A program made the position numbers and the translations under genes. DNA of 45,353 nucleotides from an uncultured Rikenellaceae bacterium. GTDB taxonomy: Bacteria; Bacteroidota; Bacteroidia; Bacteroidales; Rikenellaceae. The DNA lies in NCBI GenBank assembly GCA_964370955.1, contig CAYJLL010000001.1, forward strand, positions 1-45,353. Reading direction: 5' to 3'. Shown piece by piece: positions 19,199-28,129 of this stretch (position 1 is the first letter of the stretch; every line of letters begins with the position of its first letter). Below the pieces are notes generated by a model. It made no database searches. It saw only the letters and a program-made list of their open reading frames with translations, and was not told the DNA's origin.

Positions 19199-19528
19199 AT
19201 GGCAGAATTTATGGCGTGCCCCAAGTGTGAGGGCGAGAATACCTATTTTGATGGATCAATGAACGTGTGTCCCGATTGTTTTCACGAATTTTCGGACGAA
19301 GCAGCCGAGAACTCACAAAACACAACCCCTAGAGATAGCAACGGAGCGGAGCTTTTTGATGGCGATGCGGTGACGGTGATCAAAGACCTCAAAGTCAAAG
19401 GCTCATCAATGGTCATCAAGCGAGGCACCAAGGTCAAGAGCATACGCCTGACCGATGATCCCGAGCATGTGGATTGTAAGGTGGAGGGTAGCAGCATTGT
19501 TTTGAAGTGCTGTTTTCTTAAAAAATAA
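19199..19528 (+). CDS. yjdM: PhnA/YjdM zinc-ribbon protein
   Basis: CPKC..YFDG..CPDCFHE ribbon; DSNG.EL.DGD.VTVIKDLKVKGSS..KRGTKVKSIRL. Confidence 0.93.
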   Translation: MAEFMACPKCEGENTYFDGSMNVCPDCFHEFSDEAAENSQNTTPRDSNGAELFDGDAVTVIKDLKVKGSSMVIKRGTKVKSIRLTDDPEHVDCKVEGSSIVLKCCFLKK

Positions 19529-19542
19529 GACAACAATCAATA

Positions 19543-19591
19543 AAAAAAATGTTTTGCGAGCCTTAAAATTGGGCATGCAAAACATTTTTTT
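19543..19591. terminator. Intrinsic terminator-like hairpin after yjdM
   Basis: 15-bp perfect arms aaaaaaatgttttgc / gcaaaacattttttt plus an inner gcct/gggc pairing. Confidence 0.7.
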
Positions 19592-19623
19592 GTATATTCG
19601 CAGGATTAAAACTCAATTTACAA

Positions 19624-21849
19624 ATGAAGAAAAATATACTTTTCCTAGCTTTGGCTACTTCCTTGGTAGCATGCAGTACTCCTAAAACTGCTGATGTTGA
19701 ACTCTATAGCGGCGATCCTCTTCAGTATGTCGATCCTTTTATCGGCACCGATGGCATTGTCCACACTTTCCCAGGGGCTGCAGCTCCTTTTGGAATGATT
19801 CAACTCTCGCCAGACAATAACACAACGGGTTGGAACTGGTGTTCGGGCTACCATACCTCGGATTCCACCATTATGGGCTTCTCGCACAACCACCTCTCGG
19901 GTACGGGTTGGTCGGATCTAGGCGATATTTTGATTATGCCAACTGTGGGTGAGCCAACTTTAGAGGCAGGCACGAGTGAAAACCCTGATGGAGGGTTCCG
20001 CTCTCGCATCTCGCATGCCCCTGACAAAGAGGTTGCAAAGGCGGGTTACTATATGGTAGATCTTTTGGATTATAATATTAAGGCAGAGCTTACCGCTTCG
20101 GAGCGTGTGGGTGTGCATCGTTATACTTTCCCGGAGGCTAAGATGGCTAATGTTATCATAGACCCCTCGCACAAGATTTTTGGACAAGTATTCGACAGCA
20201 AAATCAGCTCTCCTAACGATTCAACCATCATTGGATGGTGTAGCTCTACGGGCTGGGGTGGCGAGCGTGAAGTGTGGTTTACGGCTCGATTCTCGAAACC
20301 TTTTGCTAAGGTGGTTGAGGGCAAAAAAGGCTATGTGCAGTTTGCTGATACAAAAGCTGGCGAGGTGATAGAGATTAAGGTCGCTCTCTCGCATGTGTCG
20401 GCCGCTGGAGCTGATATGAACTTGGCAACTGCCACTGGTGAGAACTTCGATGCAATCATGGATGAGTGTCAAACCATGTGGCGTGAGCAACTCTCTCCCT
20501 ATCGTTTTGCGCCTGAGAGCGAGGATCAATTGAAAATTCTTTACACAGGTCTTTATCACGCTCTTTTGCAACCAAACCTTAACATGGACGTTGACGGTAA
20601 ATTCCGTTCTGGTGGTATCTCGGGCACTGATAACCTATCGGGCGAAGTTCGCACTGCTAAGGGCTGGTCTAACTATTCGACTTTCTCGTTCTGGGATACC
20701 TTCCGTGCGGCTAATCACTTCTTGACTTTCACTAACCACGAGACTCTTTCAAATATTATCCACTCGCTAGTGGAGCGTTACGAAACTAACGGCAACCTGC
20801 CTCTTTGGGAGCTATTGGGCTTTGACAATACTTGTATGATAGGCTACCCTGCGGTGTCTATTATTGGCGATGCTATTTTGAAAAACATCAAAGGCTTTGA
20901 TTATGAGAAAGCCTATGAGGCTATGCGTAACGCAGCCTTTACTCCTTATGTTTCGAGCTCGGATGGCGAGAGTGGCATAGAGGATTATATAGAGTTGGGC
21001 TATGTGCCTGCTCCCTCGCACGCTTCGGTTGCCAAGACTATGGAGTACGCCTACTATGACTGGGTGATTGCGCAGGTGGCAAAAAAACTAGGCAAAACAG
21101 CCGATTATGATCTGTTTACTGAGCGTTCACTGAATTTCTTGAACCACTGGAACACCGAGAAAATGTTGATGTGGCCTAAGGATAAAGACGGAAATTGGGT
21201 TGAGCAGGATCTAACAGATTGGAGCTCGCTGCAAAAGCACTACGTTTCGGGTAACATCTATGCTTACTCTTACTTCTACCCTCACGCCATTGATACTATG
21301 ATTTCACTCTATGGCGGAAAGGATAAATATGTTGCGGCAATGGATAAACTGCTCTCGGAAGAAATGCAAATGCAGGGCGATACTCACGTAGACCTTTCTG
21401 GTTTTGTGGGTAAATATGGTCACGGTGATGAACCCGGCCATCAATTCCTTTATATGTACAACGCCGCTGGTGCGCCTGAGCGAATCGCTCCTTGGATTCA
21501 CACCGTGAGCGATATGTACTACAATAGCTCTCGCGCTGGTATGCCCAATAACGACGACTGCGGTCAGATGTCCTCGTGGTATATCTTCTCGTCTATGGGC
21601 TTCTATCCCCTTAATACTGGCGATGGACGCTACTATATTGGTGCTCCTATGATGCACGGAGCCTCTATCAAGGGAGCTTCGGGTAATACCTTTAAAATGG
21701 TTGCCGAGGGTTACAGCGATAAAAACATCTATGTTCAGTCGGTAACTCTAAATGGCGAGCCCCTTACTACGGGCTACATTACCTACGATCAGATTATGGC
21801 AGGAGGCGAATTGCGCTTTGTGATGGGGCCCCAGATGGTAGAATTTTAG
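19624..21849 (+). CDS. GH92 alpha-mannosidase family lipoprotein with a non-canonical active site
   Basis: Lipobox LVAC; YVDPFIGT, TFPGAAAPFGMIQLSPD, GFSHNHLSGTG, FSFWDTFRA, CMIG, TMEYAYYDW, HGDEP, NDDCGQMSSW. Confidence 0.93.
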   Translation: MKKNILFLALATSLVACSTPKTADVELYSGDPLQYVDPFIGTDGIVHTFPGAAAPFGMIQLSPDNNTTGWNWCSGYHTSDSTIMGFSHNHLSGTGWSDLGDILIMPTVGEPTLEAGTSENPDGGFRSRISHAPDKEVAKAGYYMVDLLDYNIKAELTASERVGVHRYTFPEAKMANVIIDPSHKIFGQVFDSKISSPNDSTIIGWCSSTGWGGEREVWFTARFSKPFAKVVEGKKGYVQFADTKAGEVIEIKVALSHVSAAGADMNLATATGENFDAIMDECQTMWREQLSPYRFAPESEDQLKILYTGLYHALLQPNLNMDVDGKFRSGGISGTDNLSGEVRTAKGWSNYSTFSFWDTFRAANHFLTFTNHETLSNIIHSLVERYETNGNLPLWELLGFDNTCMIGYPAVSIIGDAILKNIKGFDYEKAYEAMRNAAFTPYVSSSDGESGIEDYIELGYVPAPSHASVAKTMEYAYYDWVIAQVAKKLGKTADYDLFTERSLNFLNHWNTEKMLMWPKDKDGNWVEQDLTDWSSLQKHYVSGNIYAYSYFYPHAIDTMISLYGGKDKYVAAMDKLLSEEMQMQGDTHVDLSGFVGKYGHGDEPGHQFLYMYNAAGAPERIAPWIHTVSDMYYNSSRAGMPNNDDCGQMSSWYIFSSMGFYPLNTGDGRYYIGAPMMHGASIKGASGNTFKMVAEGYSDKNIYVQSVTLNGEPLTTGYITYDQIMAGGELRFVMGPQMVEF

Positions 21850-21864
21850 AACCTTATTTTAGAT

Positions 21865-22770
21865 ATGAAAAATATAGTACTAGTTGGACTAGGCGCTATT
21901 GGAGGTGTTTATGCCGTGGCTTTCAAGAGTCACGGCATAGCTTTTCGAGTAGCTATGGATGCACAGCGTTTGGAACGCTACTCCAACGAACCTTTTGTGT
22001 TTAATGACCAAGCGCACAGATTTGATTATTTCACTCCCGATGCGCAATCCCCCAAAGCAGATCTGATTCTAATTACCACCAAATGGAATGGTTATATGGA
22101 TGTGTTGGATCTGATTGAACCTTTAATCGGGGAGAATACGGTGATACTACCTCTGCTCAATGGTATAAGCTCAGAGCGATTGGCAGCCGAACGTTATGGT
22201 TGGGACAAGGTTTTATACGGATATTTTGTGGGGCACACCGCAACTCGTGATAGCTCGGGGAAAGTAACTCAAGATGGTAGCTATACCACTGTTTTTGGAG
22301 CAAAAGAGAATGATCTCTCGAATCTAGATCCAAGGGTTGCGAGCGTTAAAGAACTCTTTGATCGAGCTGAAGTGCCCTATCGCGTAGACGATGATATGAG
22401 CGCTTCGCAGTGGCTGAAGTTTGTGATAAACATTGGAACCAATCAAACAACAGCGCTTTACAATGAAAGCTATGGAGAGGTGTGCTCAAACCCCGAACAC
22501 CTGAAAATGGCGCGCGATCTGATGGACGAAGCGCAAAGTGTTGCTCTTAAATTAGGCATTTCCAGCGCCTCGACTCTCACTGAGCGGGCGATGACGATTT
22601 TTGATATACTCGAACCCGAGGATCGCAGCTCAATGGCACAAGATGTAAAGGCTGCACGAGTCACAGAGGTCGAAATGTTTGCAGGCGAACTGTGCCGACT
22701 GGGCGCAGAATATGCAGTGCCAACGCCCTTGAATCGCAAAGTACTGGAATATTTCAGAAATAAAAATTAA
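21865..22770 (+). CDS. Ketopantoate reductase (PanE/ApbA) family oxidoreductase
   Basis: GLGAIG Rossmann motif; LLNG; WLKFVIN; SSMAQDV..RVTEVE..GE; PTPLN. Confidence 0.85.
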   Translation: MKNIVLVGLGAIGGVYAVAFKSHGIAFRVAMDAQRLERYSNEPFVFNDQAHRFDYFTPDAQSPKADLILITTKWNGYMDVLDLIEPLIGENTVILPLLNGISSERLAAERYGWDKVLYGYFVGHTATRDSSGKVTQDGSYTTVFGAKENDLSNLDPRVASVKELFDRAEVPYRVDDDMSASQWLKFVINIGTNQTTALYNESYGEVCSNPEHLKMARDLMDEAQSVALKLGISSASTLTERAMTIFDILEPEDRSSMAQDVKAARVTEVEMFAGELCRLGAEYAVPTPLNRKVLEYFRNKN

Positions 22771-22801
22771 CTATTTAACCCTAAATACCCAACAACAAAT
22801 T

Positions 22802-23572
22802 ATGAAAACCCTAAACCTTTTTTCCCTTTCTTCAAAATGTGGTTTTATCACCGGTGGTGCTCGCGGCATCGGTAAATGTATTGCTGAGGCCTACGCAGAT
22901 CTAGGTGCAAATATTGCCATTGTCGAGATTGATATGGCTGAGGCTCAAAAAACGGCATCTTATATAGCCGAGACCTATGGTGTGAAATGTGTGGCAATCG
23001 AATGTAATGTAACCTCACCTGAGAGCGTGGATGCTATGATAGCGCAATATAGTAAAGAATTTGACCGCCTCGATTTTGCTGTCAACAACGCTGGAATTGC
23101 CAATGTCGTAGCAGCTGAGGAAATCTCTTTTGAGGACTTCAAAAAAGTCGTTGACGTTAACCTCAATGGCGTGTTCCTCACAGCACAAGCCGCTGCAAAA
23201 CTAATGATAGCCCAAGGGGTCAAAGGCTCGATTATTAACACCGCCTCAATGTCGGCGCACATCATCAATCGCCCTCAGACCATCGCTAACTATTGCGCCT
23301 CGAAAGGAGGAGTTCTCCAGCTCACAAAAGCATTGGCTGTGGAGTGGGCGAAATATGGCATACGTGTTAATTCTGTTAGCCCTGGATATATCGCAACGGA
23401 GCTTGTGGCTCAAATGAAAGATATGCACCCAATATGGCTCGCAAGCATCCCTCAAGACCGTCTAGGTACGCCCGAAGACTTGATAGGGGCTTATGTCTAT
23501 TTGGCCAGCAATGCCTCGCTGTATGCCAGCGGTACGGATCTAGTTGTGGATGGTGGTTTTACTTCAATTTAA
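22802..23572 (+). CDS. Classical SDR, polyol dehydrogenase/ketose reductase type
   Basis: TGGARGIG, NNAGI, ASMSAHIINRPQ, catalytic YCASK, VNSVSPGY, VDGG. Confidence 0.88.
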   Translation: MKTLNLFSLSSKCGFITGGARGIGKCIAEAYADLGANIAIVEIDMAEAQKTASYIAETYGVKCVAIECNVTSPESVDAMIAQYSKEFDRLDFAVNNAGIANVVAAEEISFEDFKKVVDVNLNGVFLTAQAAAKLMIAQGVKGSIINTASMSAHIINRPQTIANYCASKGGVLQLTKALAVEWAKYGIRVNSVSPGYIATELVAQMKDMHPIWLASIPQDRLGTPEDLIGAYVYLASNASLYASGTDLVVDGGFTSI

Positions 23573-23591
23573 ATTCTAAAGAAAGATACAA

Positions 23592-24266
23592 ATGCAATAT
23601 ACAAAACAAAATGTGGCACGCCTGATTGATATTAGTGCCGTGAAGACTGAATCTTCGATTGATGATGTAAATAATGTAATCGCCACTGCAAAGAAATACA
23701 ACTTGGTGTGTCTCTTTACTATGCCTTCGTTTGTGGACTATGCTCGTGAGAGCATCATCGGCTATGACACTGTGGGGCTAGGCGGAGTAGTGGGTTTCCC
23801 TTCGGGGGCCGAAACCACCGAGGCTAAACTCTTTCAAGCCAACGAGCTAAAAGCTAAGGGCTGCACGGAGATAGATATGGTGATGAACATCGGAAAGCTC
23901 AAATCGGGCATGTACGATGAGATTCGCCATGAGATCGAACAATTGCGTGATGCAGTCTCGCCTCTGCCCCTAAAGGTGATTATTGAGGTTGCGCTTTTGA
24001 GCAATGATGAGATCGTTAAAGCCTCGCAGATTGTGCGTGATGCTGGTGCTGCCTTTGTCAAAACAGGCACTGGCTGGGCTGGCAATACAACTCTAGATCA
24101 CGTGAAGCTTATTAAAGACACCGTAGGCGATACCATAGAGCTAAAAGTTGCGGGTGGGGTGCGAGATTTTAAGACTCTGCAAACCATGTATGAGATGGGA
24201 GTTACTCGCTTTGGGATAGGCTATGGAGCTGTTGTCGATATTCTAGAGGGCCTGAGCGATGAGTAA
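23592..24266 (+). CDS. deoC: DeoC-family class I aldolase (deoxyribose-phosphate aldolase-like)
   Basis: VVGFPSG, EIDMVMNIG, LKVIIE, Schiff-base FVKTGTG, KVAGGVR, RFG. Confidence 0.82.
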   Translation: MQYTKQNVARLIDISAVKTESSIDDVNNVIATAKKYNLVCLFTMPSFVDYARESIIGYDTVGLGGVVGFPSGAETTEAKLFQANELKAKGCTEIDMVMNIGKLKSGMYDEIRHEIEQLRDAVSPLPLKVIIEVALLSNDEIVKASQIVRDAGAAFVKTGTGWAGNTTLDHVKLIKDTVGDTIELKVAGGVRDFKTLQTMYEMGVTRFGIGYGAVVDILEGLSDE

Positions 24267-25761
24267 AACAATATTGGCCTATGACCTAGGAACAGGGGGG
24301 CTGAAAGCCTCTCTGTTTTCTGCCTCTGGCGAGTTGTTGACCTTCGAGTTTGTGGACTATCCAACCTTAAATCTCTCTTCCCACATGCAGGAACAATCCC
24401 CCATGCACTGGTGGGATGCTATTGTTGAGGCGACAGACCGTTTATTGAGAAAAACCTCTGTTGATGCCTCTCAAATTGAGGCTCTTGCTATCTCGGGCCA
24501 CAGCCTAGGGGTTGTACCTTTGGACGAGGAAGGATGTTTGTTGATGGATAGTACTCCGATTTGGTCGGACAAACGAGCATCGGCTCAAGCCACAAAGTTT
24601 TTCAAGAGCGTAGACTATGAAAAATGGTATATGACAACGGGCAATGGTTTCCCTGCGGAGTGTTATTCGATTTTCAAAATCTTGTGGTATAGGGATAATC
24701 ATCCCGAGGTGTATAGTAAAATCCGCCATGTGGTGGGAACTAAGGATTTCTGTAACTATCTATTCACGGGCAACATTGCCACCGACCATTCCTACGGCTC
24801 GGGTAGTGGGGTTTATTCACTCAAAGAGAGAAAATATCTCGATGAATATATCGCCGCCTCGGGCATAGATAAAGCGATTTTACCTGAGATTTTGCCCTCT
24901 ACTGCCGTTGTGGGTACCATAAATGAATGGGCAGCCCAGCAAACGGGGCTTTCAAGCTCGACTAAAGTGATTTGTGGGGGAGTGGATAATTCGTGCATGG
25001 CTCTTGGTGCTGGTGGTTACACAGAAGGGCACACCTACACCTCGCTGGGATCATCTGCATGGGTCGCCCTATCTTCTGCGGAACCCGTTTTGAACTTCTC
25101 TACTAAACCCTATGTTTTTGCTCATGTGGTTGAGGGGATGTACGCCTCGGCAACTTGCATCTTCTCGGCAGGAACTTCTCTTAGGTGGGTTTTGGATAAT
25201 CTCTGCGATGCTTGGAGCGAGAGTGAGCGTTTTGATAGGATGACCTCAGCGGCGATGAGTTCCCCTGTGGGCTCGGGCGGCTTGATGTTCAACCCCTCGT
25301 TGGCTGGAGGCTCTATGTTGGAGAAAAGCCCGAATATTTTGGGTGGATTTGCAGGTCTTAACCTCTCGCACACCAAGGCAGATATGCTGCGTGCAACCCT
25401 CGAGGGCATAGCAATGAACCTGAGAGTGGCTCTCGATGAACTCAGGGCTGGAGGCTGTACCATAGAGCGGATGTTGATGGTAGGCGGAGGTGCTAAAAAT
25501 CCATTTTGGATGCAATTATTCGCCCATATCTACGGGGTGGAGTGCTTGAAAAGTTCTATTGACCAGCAGTGCGCCTCGCTGGGAGCTGCGGCATTGGCAG
25601 CGGTGGGTAGTGGGCTGTGGAGCGATTTTAGTCCCATCGCCTCGCAACATCATATCGAACATATTTATTTGCCCGAAGAAGAAATTAAGCAACAATATAA
25701 CGGAATGATAGAAAAATTTAAAAAACTATCAGGATACCTCGCAGATTTTGGTGATTTGTAA
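24259..25761 (+). CDS. FGGY-family carbohydrate kinase (xylulokinase-like)
   Basis: YDLGTGGLKA, EQSP..WW, IWSDKRA, GGVDN, SLGSS, RATLEG, VGGGAKN..W, ASLGAA; overlaps deoC by 8 bp. Confidence 0.9.
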   Translation: MSKTILAYDLGTGGLKASLFSASGELLTFEFVDYPTLNLSSHMQEQSPMHWWDAIVEATDRLLRKTSVDASQIEALAISGHSLGVVPLDEEGCLLMDSTPIWSDKRASAQATKFFKSVDYEKWYMTTGNGFPAECYSIFKILWYRDNHPEVYSKIRHVVGTKDFCNYLFTGNIATDHSYGSGSGVYSLKERKYLDEYIAASGIDKAILPEILPSTAVVGTINEWAAQQTGLSSSTKVICGGVDNSCMALGAGGYTEGHTYTSLGSSAWVALSSAEPVLNFSTKPYVFAHVVEGMYASATCIFSAGTSLRWVLDNLCDAWSESERFDRMTSAAMSSPVGSGGLMFNPSLAGGSMLEKSPNILGGFAGLNLSHTKADMLRATLEGIAMNLRVALDELRAGGCTIERMLMVGGGAKNPFWMQLFAHIYGVECLKSSIDQQCASLGAAALAAVGSGLWSDFSPIASQHHIEHIYLPEEEIKQQYNGMIEKFKKLSGYLADFGDL

Positions 25762-25778
25762 AACAAATACTATATTTG
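25747..25778 (+). promoter_or_regulatory. Consensus Bacteroidota sigma-A promoter for GH89
   Basis: TTTG (25747-25750), 20 nt, then TATATTTG (25771-25778). Confidence 0.75.
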
Positions 25779-25807
25779 TGGTATAACAAAAACTAATAAC
25801 TAACTTT

Positions 25808-27961
25808 ATGAAGAAGATTTCTTTGCTTGCGCTATTTCTATTAGGCTTTGTGTGTCAAAGCTTTGCGCAAACCCCCGCAGAAGAGGCAGCCATGAGCGTG
25901 CTTGTGCGTGCTACCTCTAATTCTCAACTACCCGTAGTATTGAATCAGATTGAAGGAGCAGACTCTACATTTTTTGAATATGAAGTAAAAAATGGCAATC
26001 TCCACATCAGCGGTAGCTCGCCTGTGGCTCTGTGTCGTGGTTTCTATGACTATGCAAAAAAGCATGGCTATGGACTTTACAGCTGGACTGGTTCGAGTCT
26101 GAACCTACCATCGACTCTCGAGAATGAAAGCACAACCAAAGTGACATCTCCCTTTGAGCATCACTACTATTTCAACGTTGTGACCTATGGTTACACTATG
26201 CCCTATTGGGATTGGGAGCGTTGGGAAAAAGAACTTGACTGGATGGCTCTCCATGGACTAGATATGCCCCTTTCACTGATTGCCTATGAGGCGATTATCG
26301 CTAGAGTGTGGAAAAAAATGGGACTAACGGACGAGGAAATTAATAGCTATTTCGTGGGGCCTGCCCACTTGCCATGGATGAGAATGGGTAATATCAGTGG
26401 TATTAACGGTCCTTTGGATCAAAGTTGGTATGATAATCGCATCGAGCTGCAACACAAAGTGCTCGATAGAATGAAAGAGCTTGGAATGAAGCCTATCGTT
26501 CACGGTTTCCCAGGCTTTATTCCTCAGGCATTTAAGCGTATTCATCCCGAACTGGAAATTTCGCAGACCTCGTGGAGTAATGGTTCTTTCCATAACTGGA
26601 TGATTTCTCCAAGGGAACCTCTCTTTAGCGAAATCTCGACTATGTATGTTCAGGAGTGGGAAAAAGAATTTGGCAAGGCGAAATACTACCTAGTGGATAG
26701 TTTCAATGAGATGGATAATCCACTGCCCGAGAAAGGCAACCCCGAGCGCTATGAGCTACTCAACGAGTATGGCGATAAGGTATATAAATCTATTAAGGCT
26801 GCCAATCCTGATGCTGTGTGGACTATGCAGGGATGGATGTTCGGCTATCAGCGCACAATTTGGGACTACGAGACTCTAGGTGCACTTCTAAAGAATGTGC
26901 CAGACGATAAAATTCTACTTCTGGATCTAGCGGTTGACTATAACAAGCATTTTTGGAAGTCGCAGGTGAATTGGGATTTCTATAAAGGATTCTACAACAA
27001 GCCTTGGGTTTATAGTGTGATCCCAAATATGGGTGGTAAGACTGGACTTACGGGTGTGTTGGAATTCTATGCCAATGGTCACCTTGAGGCTCTTGCTTCG
27101 CCAAACCGTGGTAAATTGGTGGGTCATGGACTTGCGCCTGAGGGTATAGAGAACAATGAGGTGATCTATGAGCTCTATACAGATGCTGGTTGGAGTAGTA
27201 AAGAAATTGACCTTAATGCGTGGTATGAAAACTACTCGGTGAATCGCTATGGTTCTTACCCAAAGGAGATTCGCAATACATGGAAAGAACTAGAAAAATC
27301 TGTATATGGCACCTTCACCGACCATCCACGCTACAACTGGCAGTTCCGCCCAGGAGTAAACTCAACGGGTACGATCAATCTCTCGGATAGTTTCTTCAAG
27401 GGGATAGAGGAGTTTGCGTCGGTTGCACCTGAGATGAAAGATAGCGAGCTGTATATGGCAGATTTGATGGAGTTCTCGGCTCTATATCTTGGTGGAAAGG
27501 CTGAGTTTTTGGTTTATAAAATCGAGCAGGCCTACGCAGATGGCGACGTGAAAACAGCAACTAAACTAGAGGCTGACTTCGAGTACATCCTCAAGGGAAT
27601 TGATAAGATACTCTATAGCCACCCAGTGCTAAGACTAGAGAACTGGATAGAATTTGCACGTTCTCAGGGCGTTGATCAAGCTCAGGCAGCTAAATACGAG
27701 AGCAATGCTAAACGCTTGGTGACTATTTGGGGACCTCCAGTTGATGACTATGCGGCTCGTGTGTGGTCAGGTCACATCCGTGATTACTACCTACCACGTT
27801 GGCAACATTATTTCGCTTCGAAGAAAAGCGGCGAAGCGTTCGATTATGCAGCATGGGAACTGGATTGGGTTGAAAACTCTGTGGGGCTTTCACCTCAGCA
27901 AGCGCCAAAAGACATGGTTGCCTACATTCAAGAGATGATGAAATTCGCTAAAGGAATCTAG
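25808..27961 (+). CDS. GH89 alpha-N-acetylglucosaminidase
   Basis: Signal peptide; YYFNVVTYGYT, WERWEKELDWMALHG, GPAHLPWMRMGN, DSFNE, WTMQGW, NMGG, PEGIENN, DYAARVWSG. Confidence 0.95.
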   Translation: MKKISLLALFLLGFVCQSFAQTPAEEAAMSVLVRATSNSQLPVVLNQIEGADSTFFEYEVKNGNLHISGSSPVALCRGFYDYAKKHGYGLYSWTGSSLNLPSTLENESTTKVTSPFEHHYYFNVVTYGYTMPYWDWERWEKELDWMALHGLDMPLSLIAYEAIIARVWKKMGLTDEEINSYFVGPAHLPWMRMGNISGINGPLDQSWYDNRIELQHKVLDRMKELGMKPIVHGFPGFIPQAFKRIHPELEISQTSWSNGSFHNWMISPREPLFSEISTMYVQEWEKEFGKAKYYLVDSFNEMDNPLPEKGNPERYELLNEYGDKVYKSIKAANPDAVWTMQGWMFGYQRTIWDYETLGALLKNVPDDKILLLDLAVDYNKHFWKSQVNWDFYKGFYNKPWVYSVIPNMGGKTGLTGVLEFYANGHLEALASPNRGKLVGHGLAPEGIENNEVIYELYTDAGWSSKEIDLNAWYENYSVNRYGSYPKEIRNTWKELEKSVYGTFTDHPRYNWQFRPGVNSTGTINLSDSFFKGIEEFASVAPEMKDSELYMADLMEFSALYLGGKAEFLVYKIEQAYADGDVKTATKLEADFEYILKGIDKILYSHPVLRLENWIEFARSQGVDQAQAAKYESNAKRLVTIWGPPVDDYAARVWSGHIRDYYLPRWQHYFASKKSGEAFDYAAWELDWVENSVGLSPQQAPKDMVAYIQEMMKFAKGI

Positions 27962-28034
27962 CGTGATGCCAGTGGCAGTGTAAGCCAATAGGGTAATCAT
28001 TAAACTCAATTAATGAGGCATAACCCCATTTGAT

Positions 28035-28089
28035 ATTTAGCTCTAAGGACGTTTTCGATGTGATTTGAAAGTCGTTCTTAGAGCTAAAT
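28035..28089. terminator. Long imperfect hairpin between GH89 and cobB (possible terminator or stabiliser)
   Basis: 13-bp perfect arms atttagctctaag / cttagagctaaat, extended inward by gacg/cgtt and tttcga/ttgaaa; no clear U-tract. Confidence 0.5.
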
Positions 28090-28129
28090 TATAATAGACA
28101 ATTATAGTATTGTAAAATCATCAAATAAA

